A stretch of 64,000 nt of DNA from an uncultured Desulfobacter sp. (lineage in GTDB: Bacteria; Desulfobacterota; Desulfobacteria; Desulfobacterales; Desulfobacteraceae), in the NCBI GenBank assembly GCA_963665095.1, contig OY762069.1, forward strand, positions 6,368,001 through 6,432,000, written 5' to 3'. Positions 10,395-19,724 of this stretch are shown piece after piece. The translations under genes and the position numbers were made by a program. The first letter of the stretch is position 1. Every line of letters starts with the position of its first letter. The notes beneath the pieces were generated by a model, which was given only the letters and a program-made list of their open reading frames with translations, was not told the DNA's origin and made no database searches.

Positions 10395-10651
10395 TGACAC
10401 ACTCTTTTTTAAATTTAACAATGATGTGTACATAAATAAATACATTGATGTGTGTCAAGTGGAATTTGTTAAAACTTTGCACGAATTTGAAATGGTGCGC
10501 AGATCAGGGCCTCTTTTTGATACAAGCGGCTTAATGCTTCCCGCAGCAGAAATTCAGGTTCCCTGGCCAGTGCAGAAAATTCATTTAAGAAAATGAATTT
10601 TCATGCTTTTGAAAAGACTCTTCAGGAAGGAACTGATGAATTTACCGCCCG

Positions 10652-11548
10652 CTAACAGATAATTGTCAGACCGGACACTTCCGCTATTTTCAAGGCCGCA
10701 CGGTATTCTGCCACGGTAACCGGTCTTGAAAACGCTGCGACTTCAAAGGCCCGGTGCATGGGCCGGTATTGGGACATGACGTTGATGGTGCAGGTTTTTG
10801 AAATTTTTTTGGAGAGAAAATCTACAATCTTCCGGGTACCAGCCATCTCTTCAGGCAGTACCAGGTGGCGAACCAGAAGGCCTGAAATAGCAGTGCCTGA
10901 TATGTCTGTTTTCAGATCCCCCACCTGGCGGAACATCTCCCGGATGCTTTGGACGGCGATGGCCGGATAATCCGGGGCACTGCAGGCGTTGCGTGCAATT
11001 TCCGGATCCCAGAATTTGAAATCCGGCAGATAAATATCCACAATCCCATCCAGGATTTTTAAGGTCTCAAGGCTTTCATAGCCGGAGGAGTTGTATACCA
11101 GGGGCAGGGTCAGCCCGCCGGCTGCGGCGATATCCAGCGCTTCAAGAATATAGGGTAAAAAGTGGCCCGGGGTGACAAGGTTGATGTTGTGGCATCCTGC
11201 TTCCTGGAGATGCAGCATGATGGCGGCCAGTTGTCTGGTTTCAGCCCGTTCTCCCTCCCCCTGAATACTGATCTCATAATTCTGGCAGAAAATGCACCGC
11301 AGGCTGCAATGGGTAAAAAAGATAGTGCCTGAGCCCTTTGTGCCGGACAGCGGGGGCTCCTCCCCAAAATGGGGACAAAAGCTGTGGATCTGCAGATGGG
11401 CACCTGCGCCGCAAAAACCTGTCTGGTTCCGGGGGCGATGTGCCCGGCAGGCCCTGGGGCAAAGGGTACACTCGTCCATGAGCGCAAATGCCTGGGCAAT
11501 TTTTTGTTTTAACCGGCCCTGGCTTCTGGTTGTCAGGTAGCGTGGCAT
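10652..11548 (-). CDS. Radical SAM protein, PflX-like
   Basis: CTLCPRAC N-terminus, HFGEEPPLSG, CSLRCIFCQN (CxxxCxxC), DIYLPDFKF, VRHLVLP. Confidence 0.88.
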   Translation of the reverse strand: MPRYLTTRSQGRLKQKIAQAFALMDECTLCPRACRAHRPRNQTGFCGAGAHLQIHSFCPHFGEEPPLSGTKGSGTIFFTHCSLRCIFCQNYEISIQGEGERAETRQLAAIMLHLQEAGCHNINLVTPGHFLPYILEALDIAAAGGLTLPLVYNSSGYESLETLKILDGIVDIYLPDFKFWDPEIARNACSAPDYPAIAVQSIREMFRQVGDLKTDISGTAISGLLVRHLVLPEEMAGTRKIVDFLSKKISKTCTINVMSQYRPMHRAFEVAAFSRPVTVAEYRAALKIAEVSGLTIIC

Positions 11549-12000
11549 CCTTTGTTTTCCGTGATAAACCGCACCATAAAATCTTTGCTGAATTCGACGG
11601 TCTCAATACTTAAGGGCTCGCACAGATGCGGGGGATTATCCTCTTTAAATCCCTGGGGGCGCAGAATACTGCAGGACAGAGATCCAAATTTCTGTTCAAA
11701 CTGCCGGGCAAACTCCCTGCATTGATCCACAATGGTCTCTTTGGCCAATTTTCTGTCTTTGCCCATAATACCGATGAACATCAAAGTGCCCTCAACCAGG
11801 CCACACTGGGCACCGTATCTTCCGGCACCATGCATGCCTGTGGCTGCCGCAATAACCTGATCAGACAAGTCAAAGGAAAAAACTTCAGCAAGGATTTTCA
11901 AGGTTGTGACCGCACAGTTGAAATCATAAGCCCGGTAATAGGTTTGTACCCGGTCTTTAATGGGGACTTCCCGGAATGCGGTATGCGTTGTTTCTCTCAT
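11533..12000 (-). CDS. C-GCAxxG-C-C family putative redox protein
   Basis: FNCAVT, GAQCGLVEG, FGSLSCSIL, HLCE; overlaps the radical SAM start by 16 bp. Confidence 0.8.
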   Translation of the reverse strand: MRETTHTAFREVPIKDRVQTYYRAYDFNCAVTTLKILAEVFSFDLSDQVIAAATGMHGAGRYGAQCGLVEGTLMFIGIMGKDRKLAKETIVDQCREFARQFEQKFGSLSCSILRPQGFKEDNPPHLCEPLSIETVEFSKDFMVRFITENKGCHAT

Positions 12001-12273
12001 AGAAAGTATTTATATAGATCTGTAAAAAAAACGGCAAGAGGACATACCGGGCTGTCAAGGCAATGGCATAAAATTTGTCTCCCGGATCTTGGCTGTCCAC
12101 CGCCTCTCCGCCGGCATCCGGCAAAGACCGAGACCGATTTGCCGCAAGTTGGATTTGTTTATCCGGCGTCGGGCACCCGGACACAGGCCGGATCGGATTA
12201 AACTGCAGTTTCGCCAATTAATTGGAATTTCGATTTGAGTTTTATTTGCAGTTAGAATGTTATCGGTATGTAA

Positions 12274-13452
12274 TCAGGATTTTTCTGAAACCGGAACCAT
12301 ATCCTCGTCCGGTTTTTCACAATGAAACTTCTGAAGATATTTGGGAAGCCGGTCAAACACCTCTATTGGCGTTTTGGGGAGATGTTGACTGTCAATAATC
12401 AGGTTTTGACGTTTGCTGACAGGACTGGAAAGATTAATGATTTTACCCGGTGTTTCAATAGTTTTGCCGGCTTGATCGGTAAATATAATTACTTCAGGCC
12501 CCTGACTGTCTACCACGTATACGGACTGGCCGTTCTCCAGAGTCAGAATACTTCCCGCAGGGCATGTACCGATCTCCTTGACAAATGAATAGAGAATAAG
12601 TTGCAAAATGGGATCACGCCCCGAATAGTCCTTAAAAATCGTATTGACCACTTTGGTTGGATTCACTGCCTCGCCATAGCTTCGTTTCAAGGTCATGGCC
12701 GTATATTTGTCCGCAAGTTTGCAAATTTTAACATAGGGCGGCAGATCTGAAAGGGAGTGGAGATCAGGATATGCATTGGGCTCATTAAGATAGATTGCTG
12801 CGTGGTGGTATTTGATAATATTTTCCACATAGACGTCGTAAATACCATTTACTGCCAGAAATGACATCCCGTATTTCCCCACATGCTCTTTCATTTCCTG
12901 GTGCTCTCTGGCACTTAATCCGCTTTGTTTGTTCAGCAGGGGGGGATGGATCATTATTTTGCCCATATCGTGGATGAGATAACCTATGGAAATGTTGCGC
13001 ACAGCTTCAGCAGGGTAATAGGAGAACTGTGTCATCTCATCCGGACGACGGTGTTTCAAACTTTCTTTGAATTGGGCAGTGAGCATCTTGTTGATATACT
13101 GTGAAAACAGCTCGTTGAACCTGTTTAGTACAAGGGTTCCGGTATAACAGACTCCCACTGAGTGCTGGAAAAAATAGTCATCAGTGGAAAAGTAGTCTCT
13201 CATGCTGCTTAAAATCAATCGATCTGTCTCAAAGAGCATTTTCATGATTTTGTTTATGGAATCAAGATTTTTTTTAAGATCGATATTGTCCGGTGCACTG
13301 TTCCCTTCGTTTTCTTGGGCATCTACCAATAACAGCCGTTTCTGGCGATCGACCAGGTCGCTAAATAATTGTCTGGCCTGTTTGTATTTTTTTAGAAATT
13401 TTTTTTTGGAGGCCATCATCTCACGTATCTTCTGTTCAGCGTTAACCGACAT
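12274..13452 (-). CDS. HD-GYP-like metal-dependent phosphohydrolase
   Basis: HSVGV, IHDMGK, MKEHV, YHH, NAYP in place of GYP, LADKYTAMT..RSY. Confidence 0.8.
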   Translation of the reverse strand: MSVNAEQKIREMMASKKKFLKKYKQARQLFSDLVDRQKRLLLVDAQENEGNSAPDNIDLKKNLDSINKIMKMLFETDRLILSSMRDYFSTDDYFFQHSVGVCYTGTLVLNRFNELFSQYINKMLTAQFKESLKHRRPDEMTQFSYYPAEAVRNISIGYLIHDMGKIMIHPPLLNKQSGLSAREHQEMKEHVGKYGMSFLAVNGIYDVYVENIIKYHHAAIYLNEPNAYPDLHSLSDLPPYVKICKLADKYTAMTLKRSYGEAVNPTKVVNTIFKDYSGRDPILQLILYSFVKEIGTCPAGSILTLENGQSVYVVDSQGPEVIIFTDQAGKTIETPGKIINLSSPVSKRQNLIIDSQHLPKTPIEVFDRLPKYLQKFHCEKPDEDMVPVSEKS

Positions 13453-13785
13453 GGTTCAATCCCCTCCCTTTTTTAAAATTTGAAAGATACAATGAATGAT
13501 TAACTGATTTTATACCCGGTTTTATATATTTAGCGCAAGCTCTTAGCGACGACGGAGAATTGGCGCAACCATATGCCGAGATATCTGGGTGCTGTTGCGA
13601 TACACCTGGGCTGAGCGGTTCAATTAAACCATTTACGAAGTATGCTAAACAGTGGTAAAAATTTTAACTGATAAGTTCCAAGGTTCTTCAGGCACTATAT
13701 AGGGAGAACCGCCTCAGATCAGCGGCAATGATAGATATGCGAAAATCACACGTTTACCTGTTTCTATAAATAAACGGATGAGAAT

Positions 13786-14277
13786 ATGGAAAGAACGAAA
13801 ACAATCTCCTGGGATGACCCCGGAAAGAACAAGAGGTCTGTAATAAATTCGATTTCAGGGTTAGAATATCTGTCAGGGATAAAAGAAGGTCAAATCAGCC
13901 CGCCACCGGCTGCAAATCTTGTGGGCTACAGACTTTGTGATGTTGATAAGGGGTATGCCGCGTTTGAACTGAACCCTGGAGAATATCATTATAACCCGTT
14001 TGCGACCGTTCATGGCGGCATCCTGTCTGCATTGCTTGATTCAACCATGGCGGCTTCAGTGATATCAACGCTTCCTGCCGGCTTCAGCTGTTCAACAATT
14101 GAGCTGAAAGTCAATTTTATCAGACCTGTGACTGTTGAAACAGGTGTATTAAAGTGTGAGGCAAGACCAGTACATACCGGAAAAAAACTGGCCACAGCTG
14201 AGGGCAAAGTAAGAGATGAGAATGGAATATTACATGCCCATGGGGTCTGTACCTGCTCTATCTTCCGTGTTGCATGA
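13786..14277 (+). CDS. PaaI family thioesterase
   Basis: YNPFATVHGGILSALLDS, TIELKVNFIRP. Confidence 0.92.
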   Translation: MERTKTISWDDPGKNKRSVINSISGLEYLSGIKEGQISPPPAANLVGYRLCDVDKGYAAFELNPGEYHYNPFATVHGGILSALLDSTMAASVISTLPAGFSCSTIELKVNFIRPVTVETGVLKCEARPVHTGKKLATAEGKVRDENGILHAHGVCTCSIFRVA

Positions 14278-14351
14278 AACAATGGAAAAGAGCCGGTTGA
14301 TCTCTATTGCTGCTGACATGACTCGATTTATTCCTTAAAGTAGGGGGGGAA

Positions 14352-15107
14352 ATGAAAAAATTGGGGGTTTGTCTCCTGTTGGCCGGTTGTTTGACCGGGC
14401 TGTGGCATGTGCAGGCGGTTCGCGCCAAAACCATTACAATGGCCTTTGAAAAGGAACCGGATAAGGAACCCTTGTTTATGCTGGCACAAATGCTCTATAC
14501 CGAAGCCTTTAAACGCTTGGGGATGACCTTTGCCTATCGCGTTTATCCGGGGCAGAGGTGTTCGGTCATGGCCAATACCGGACGGGTTGATGGTGAGCCG
14601 GGCAGGTTTATCGGCTACAGTCAGATTTGCCCCAATATGGTTCGCGTGGAAGAATCAGTTGCAACACTGCATGAAGCCGCATTTGCCAAAGATGCGTCCA
14701 TTTCTCTGAATGGCTGGGAAAGTTTAAAAGGCACTGACTTAAGGGTGGCGTATATTCTTGGTTGTCAGGCCGAAGAGGTGTATTTGCCAAAAGTGGTACG
14801 CCCGGAAAGACTGTCAAGGGTGGCAACGATTGAGCAGGCGTTGATAATGCTTGATGCCGGACGTACAGATGTTTTAATTCAGACGGAGTCATCGGTGATG
14901 GCCGTTTTGCTGACGCCTAAGTTCAAGGATTTTAAGATTGTCAAAGTAGGAATCATGGAAGAGCTTGATGTCTATCCGTTCCTGCACAAAAGACATGCTG
15001 AGCTGGCACCGAAACTGGCCAGAGTGTTAAAAGAGATGAAAGCCCAAGGGCTACTGGAAGAGAACAAACGCCACATGTGGCAGTTGTTAAAAAGAAGAGA
15101 TCCTTAG
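14352..15107 (+). CDS. Solitary periplasmic substrate-binding protein (family 3-like)
   Basis: Signal peptide, RVDGE, WESLKG, MLDAGRTDV, YPFLHKRH. Confidence 0.72.
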   Translation: MKKLGVCLLLAGCLTGLWHVQAVRAKTITMAFEKEPDKEPLFMLAQMLYTEAFKRLGMTFAYRVYPGQRCSVMANTGRVDGEPGRFIGYSQICPNMVRVEESVATLHEAAFAKDASISLNGWESLKGTDLRVAYILGCQAEEVYLPKVVRPERLSRVATIEQALIMLDAGRTDVLIQTESSVMAVLLTPKFKDFKIVKVGIMEELDVYPFLHKRHAELAPKLARVLKEMKAQGLLEENKRHMWQLLKRRDP

Positions 15108-15206
15108 GATCAGTATTTTTTTACCAGAGTGAACACAAGCTTGATGAGGCCGGAATGAACCGTCCTGAATTAATGTCCGGTCAGTTTGATTTTGCAGGAG
15201 AACAGG

Positions 15207-15617
15207 ATGAAATTATCCGATCACATAACCGTATCAGATACTTGTATTGAGTTTCATCCCATCCGGTCCCGGGGGCCGGGTGGGCAGAATGTGAACAAGG
15301 TCTCTTCCGGGGTTCACATCCGATTTGATATCCGGGCGTCGGATCTTGCCGACCATATTAAGGAAAAGCTTTTGTCGCTTAATGACAGGCGTATCACCCG
15401 GGACGGGATCATTGTGATTAAAGCCATGTCCTTTAGAAGTGCGGAAAAAAACCGGCAGGACGGCGTGGAACGTCTTGTCGAACTGATACGGCAGGTTGAC
15501 CGCCCTGTGAAGCTGCGAAAATCCACCCGTCCCACCCGGGCATCCAATACCCGGCGTCTTGATTCAAAATCCCGGCGCAGCAACATTAAGGCGTTGAGGA
15601 AAAAAATTAACATTTGA
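15207..15617 (+). CDS. arfB: Alternative ribosome-rescue peptidyl-tRNA hydrolase ArfB
   Basis: GPGGQNVNKVSS (GGQ motif) and basic C-terminal tail RKSTRPT...RRLDSKSRRS; start at MKLSD after GGAG. Confidence 0.92.
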   Translation: MKLSDHITVSDTCIEFHPIRSRGPGGQNVNKVSSGVHIRFDIRASDLADHIKEKLLSLNDRRITRDGIIVIKAMSFRSAEKNRQDGVERLVELIRQVDRPVKLRKSTRPTRASNTRRLDSKSRRSNIKALRKKINI

Positions 15618-15685
15618 TACATCCTTAGACATCGCACAAAAATAAATAGTACATCTTGCTTGCCCTTTGCCCTATATACTGTGTT

Positions 15686-15726
15686 GCACCAAACGTTTAA
15701 TAATCTTGCTATTAAACGTTTGGTGC
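15686..15726. promoter_or_regulatory. 17-bp perfect inverted repeat (hairpin or operator)
   Basis: gcaccaaacgtttaata-atcttgc-tattaaacgtttggtgc. Confidence 0.6.
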
Positions 15727-15954
15727 GCCTTGTATATGGATCAAAATTCAGCGCAATATGCTATTTATTTCCGCGCAATGCCTTAATCGTTGTTACGTAT
15801 CCCTGCTGTTTTATTAAATCAGTTGTAAAGCCGGCAGGCCCTCCTGTCTGTATATGTTTCACAAAATCTTAGTGTTTTAGTAACATTAATGTAATATTCA
15901 GCTGCTATTTTAGGCGCAATCAAACAGTCGCATTCCACACAGGATAAATTCATT

Positions 15955-18363
15955 ATGATTGCAGCCGTTAAACATAAAGCAAGCCCGGTTGTGCCTGCTA
16001 ACAGTACAAAGCAGGATATAGAGCGCATCAGTGCTGCCATCGGGGTCAATATGCAGACGACCGATGGGTTTATCCGCTCCCTTCCTTTTGTCGGGGGTGA
16101 CGCCACGGCCGGTGCAGAAAACGAGTTCCAGGCCGTAGTTTCAGGAAAGCGCGAAAATGTGGACCTGGCCCGGGTCATTGAAACTTCCAACTACTATCGA
16201 AACCTTGTGGCGCAGGCCAGGGCAGGGGAAACGCCCGAGCGCCGCGTCATGGCCCTGGAGCGCCTGCTCAAGGAAAAAGACGGGCATAATTGGGAAAACT
16301 CCTGGGTATGGTTCCCCCGCCGGGTGCTCAATGGATTTGCCAACCAGGTGTTTAACCAGGATCTTAAAGCGGATAAGTCCATGGCTGCATCCGGATACCG
16401 CAGGGATGCCGGGTCTTTTGTGTTTGACCGAAACGGGGAACACCAGGTCCGGGTGCCGGTCTCTTATCTGCTGAAGCTGGCTTTGGCGGATGTGATCGGA
16501 GAGGAGACTGGCGTTCCTGATCCGGTGAAATTCTGGGGTCAGAGAATGCTGGCCCATTTTTCCAATGATAACAGCTCGCCGGAGCTCTTTTCCTTTTACC
16601 CGGTCAGGGCAGATGCTGCGGGCGGGTTAGGGGAAAAATTGGCCGGTGAAACCCTGATCCGGTTTCTGCTGACCCAGGCCCTGGTGGCCTATGCCGGAAG
16701 CAAGTTTGAGCTGAATGAGAACGGCCAGACAGTAAAGGTTTTTTTTTCCGCCACGCCACCCGGGGATCAGAAGCGCCTTAACGACGTTATTTCCGATGCC
16801 TTTTACCGGGAACTGTTTATGAGTCCCTGCCTGTCCGGCTGGGACAAAGGCGAGGATAAAAAAGAGTACATGAGCGTCTGCCACAAGGTCCTCTCCCGTA
16901 GCCAGATCAATGCCGTTACCCAGCTTAAGGAGGCCGGGATTATTACCTCCAATCTGGTTGTGCTGCCCAATACCTCCAACGTCAGCCTGGCCAACAACGG
17001 CACCCATGTGAGCCTGGGCAGCATTAAACTGTCCGGAAGTCTTTCCGATCCGGGGTCCGGACTTACAGAGCGGGATGAGAAATTCACAGGAGACCTGGCC
17101 ATTAAAATAAGTGAGCATTTTTTGCCCCTGCTGGCCACCACCTATTCAGCTGCGCCCCATCGATTTGATTATGAAGAGTTCCATCCTGAAAGGGTCTTGG
17201 GTTTCATCCCCCATGAACTGACACACACCCATCTTCGGATGATCTGGCGGCGCTGGAAGAAAAAAGCGGCCATTCAGGTGATGGGGCGCTCTCTGACGCC
17301 CTTTGGTCCTGTGTGGCTGGATCGATTTATTGCCAGAGCCTTCCGGCTCAAAGGCGATTTTGTACCGGACGGCCGCCTTATTGATTATTTTACCTCGGTG
17401 ATGAGTACCTTCCAGAGCCCGGCCCTGAACGGCCGCCCGGAAAGCGAGGCGCACCTGAAAAGGGATCTTACCGAGATGGGGGTGTTTGACGAACGAATGG
17501 CCCTGTATCAGCTGGTCCGGTTGAGAAAATATCACCAGATGGGTTATTCCGGGTTTGAACACCGGTATTTCAGCGTGTTTGAAGATATTGTCGGGGATAT
17601 GGGCAGAGCGGCCGACCTGCAGGTTCTGATCACGGCGCTGGCTCAGAAATATATCTATTCACAAGCTGTGGACCACGCAATGATACCCGATTATCCGTCG
17701 GTTGAAAGCGAACGGCGTCAGATTTTTTTCTGTACAGCCATCGGGATCCCCACCTTTTTTGTAAAAACACATACCCGGAATCAGTTTTTGTTGAAAATTT
17801 TGAAAACTACGGCAAAAACCCGGGCCAGTCGCAGATATCCAGGATATACCCGGGTGCTGGTTAAAGAGTACCAGCGTGCCTTGATACAGGTGATTAGACA
17901 GGACGGAGCCGATCTGGTGGAGGCTTTTAATCTTTCATTCCATCTGGATGACCTCGAAAGAAGGATCAGCTCCCCGGCGACCCATGCCGCATGGGGGCGG
18001 ATCACCTCCGGGATTCTTTCGGACACCACTAAAAACAGCCCCATGGCCATGCCAGGTCGCGCCTTTAACTCACGGGCGGAACAGTATTACGGAAAAACAT
18101 TGCTGTGCGAGCATATCCGACAGGCGCTTGAGTTTTTGGGAAAAGCCTTGGAACAAATGGACCTCTGGGCTCAGTACCGGGACACCTCCTATGGTCAGGC
18201 CATTGAGAAGATTCTCGGCAGCCAGGATCTGCTGCAGTTTTTAAAAGCCATGCGACAGGATTTTATGGACGGCACCTGCGAACCTGCCACACTTAGAAAG
18301 TTTATCTATCTGACCATTCTTGTAATCAGCCGGGAGATGCAGACCTGGCAGGACAGTGAATAG
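15955..18363 (+). CDS. Large hypothetical protein, possible glutamine synthetase/glutamate-cysteine ligase-like (carboxylate-amine ligase) fold
   Basis: 802-aa open frame (coding status secure); TAGAENEFQ, ANNGTHVSLG, GFEHRYFS resemble the ExE / GxH / ExR motifs; fold is inference. Confidence 0.7.
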   Translation: MIAAVKHKASPVVPANSTKQDIERISAAIGVNMQTTDGFIRSLPFVGGDATAGAENEFQAVVSGKRENVDLARVIETSNYYRNLVAQARAGETPERRVMALERLLKEKDGHNWENSWVWFPRRVLNGFANQVFNQDLKADKSMAASGYRRDAGSFVFDRNGEHQVRVPVSYLLKLALADVIGEETGVPDPVKFWGQRMLAHFSNDNSSPELFSFYPVRADAAGGLGEKLAGETLIRFLLTQALVAYAGSKFELNENGQTVKVFFSATPPGDQKRLNDVISDAFYRELFMSPCLSGWDKGEDKKEYMSVCHKVLSRSQINAVTQLKEAGIITSNLVVLPNTSNVSLANNGTHVSLGSIKLSGSLSDPGSGLTERDEKFTGDLAIKISEHFLPLLATTYSAAPHRFDYEEFHPERVLGFIPHELTHTHLRMIWRRWKKKAAIQVMGRSLTPFGPVWLDRFIARAFRLKGDFVPDGRLIDYFTSVMSTFQSPALNGRPESEAHLKRDLTEMGVFDERMALYQLVRLRKYHQMGYSGFEHRYFSVFEDIVGDMGRAADLQVLITALAQKYIYSQAVDHAMIPDYPSVESERRQIFFCTAIGIPTFFVKTHTRNQFLLKILKTTAKTRASRRYPGYTRVLVKEYQRALIQVIRQDGADLVEAFNLSFHLDDLERRISSPATHAAWGRITSGILSDTTKNSPMAMPGRAFNSRAEQYYGKTLLCEHIRQALEFLGKALEQMDLWAQYRDTSYGQAIEKILGSQDLLQFLKAMRQDFMDGTCEPATLRKFIYLTILVISREMQTWQDSE

Positions 18364-18409
18364 AATTTCCCTTCCAATAATCACCATCTGAACGAAAATC
18401 CCGTGCTTG

Positions 18410-18535
18410 GTGTTTGGACGAAAAGTTGCCCAGATGCAAGGCGCAAGCAAAGCTGCAACCGGAGCGTACTTCAGTACGTGAGGATTGCAGCTTTGTGCAG
18501 CAACGCCGCAGGTGGGTGACTTTTCGTCCAAACAC
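18410..18535. repeat. Palindromic REP/MITE-like intergenic element, 126 bp
   Basis: 17-bp terminal IR gtgtttggacgaaaagt/acttttcgtccaaacac; nested caaagctgcaa/ttgcagctttg and cgtact-tc-agtacg. Confidence 0.8.
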
Positions 18536-18707
18536 TAATTACCATCATTGCGTTTCGATTGTTGCTTGACCAAAGTATAACGCTGTTATAGATCTGGCAC
18601 AGCCCTATGCTGTTCTATGCATGCTGCTCCCTGATCAGCGAACAGATCAAGGAACAGGCCGCAGGGAAAACACCCTTAACCCTTTGCCCGATTTAACGGA
18701 AGGAAAA

Positions 18708-19724
18708 ATGATGGCCCCTCAAGCACTGCACAAAACCGCGATTATTATTGACAACACCTGTCCTCTGGCTGTGCTGGATCAATTCCATGACAATTACCGC
18801 AATGGCGGGGTTACAGCCATAGCCGCCACTGTCGGGTATGGCGTGCCGGGGCTCGGCAATCTGGACTTTACCATGAAGAATCTTGGCAAATGGCATGCCT
18901 GGATGCGTGAGAAAGAGCGCAACCTTTTGCATGTAACCCGGGTGGAACATCTTTTTCAAGCCAAAGAGCAGGGAAAGCTTGGAATTATTTTTCATTTCCA
19001 GGGCAGCATGCCTTTTGGGGATGATGTGAACACAGCCAGTCTTTATCACCAGCTTGGAGTGCGGATGTGTCAGCTCTGCTACAATGAAAAGGATCTGGTC
19101 GGCTGTGGCTGCGCGGTGGAAGAGGATACCGGGCTGACCCCTTTTGGGCAGGAGCTGATTGCTGAAATGAACCGCCTTGGCATTGTGGTGGACTGCGGTC
19201 ATACCGGAGAGAAAACCACACTGGATGCCATTGCCGCATCAAGCAGTCCCGTGGTTATCTCCCACGGAAATGCCCGGGCCGTATGCCATAACCGCAGAAA
19301 TCTCAGTGATGACCTGATCCGGGCCATTGCCGAAAACGGCGGTGTGGTGGGATTTAACGGCTATCCGGGCTTTGTGGCAGACAAGGAACGGCCCTCCCTG
19401 GACGATCTTCTGGACCATGTGGACCATATGGCCTCCCTGGCAGGGCCGGAACATATCTGTCTGGGTATGGATTATTTTGAATATCAGGCCGGGGCAACAG
19501 ATGATGTCACCGCCGGCCAGATTTACGACTTTCTCATTGAATCCGGGGCCTGGAATAAAACCGATTATCCACCACCGCCCTGGCATTTCCCCCAGGGTGT
19601 TGAAATGCCTGAAAAGCTGTGGAATTTAACTGCCGGCCTTGCCCAAAGAGGGTACAGCCCGGAGCAGATCAAAGGCATTCTCGGACTCAACATGCTCAAG
19701 GTGTTTGAGACGGTCTGGAAATAG
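18708..19724 (+). CDS. Membrane (renal-type, M19) dipeptidase family amidohydrolase
   Basis: LGVRMCQLCYN, EMNRLGIVVDCGH, VISHGN, RNLSDD, HICLGMD; start reassigned to MMAPQ. Confidence 0.88.
   Translation: MMAPQALHKTAIIIDNTCPLAVLDQFHDNYRNGGVTAIAATVGYGVPGLGNLDFTMKNLGKWHAWMREKERNLLHVTRVEHLFQAKEQGKLGIIFHFQGSMPFGDDVNTASLYHQLGVRMCQLCYNEKDLVGCGCAVEEDTGLTPFGQELIAEMNRLGIVVDCGHTGEKTTLDAIAASSSPVVISHGNARAVCHNRRNLSDDLIRAIAENGGVVGFNGYPGFVADKERPSLDDLLDHVDHMASLAGPEHICLGMDYFEYQAGATDDVTAGQIYDFLIESGAWNKTDYPPPPWHFPQGVEMPEKLWNLTAGLAQRGYSPEQIKGILGLNMLKVFETVWK

Noticed and set aside
12001..12273. 86-aa ORF or c-di-GMP riboswitch downstream of the HD-GYP gene
   Set aside because: No GEMM consensus; the ORF overlaps the next gene and has no motifs
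13453..13785. Possible ncRNA or IS scar in the divergent intergenic region
   Set aside because: No convincing stems, terminal repeats or known motifs
18595..18611. Sigma54-like TGGCACAGCCCTATGCT before the dipeptidase
   Set aside because: GG to GC spacing is 11, not 10
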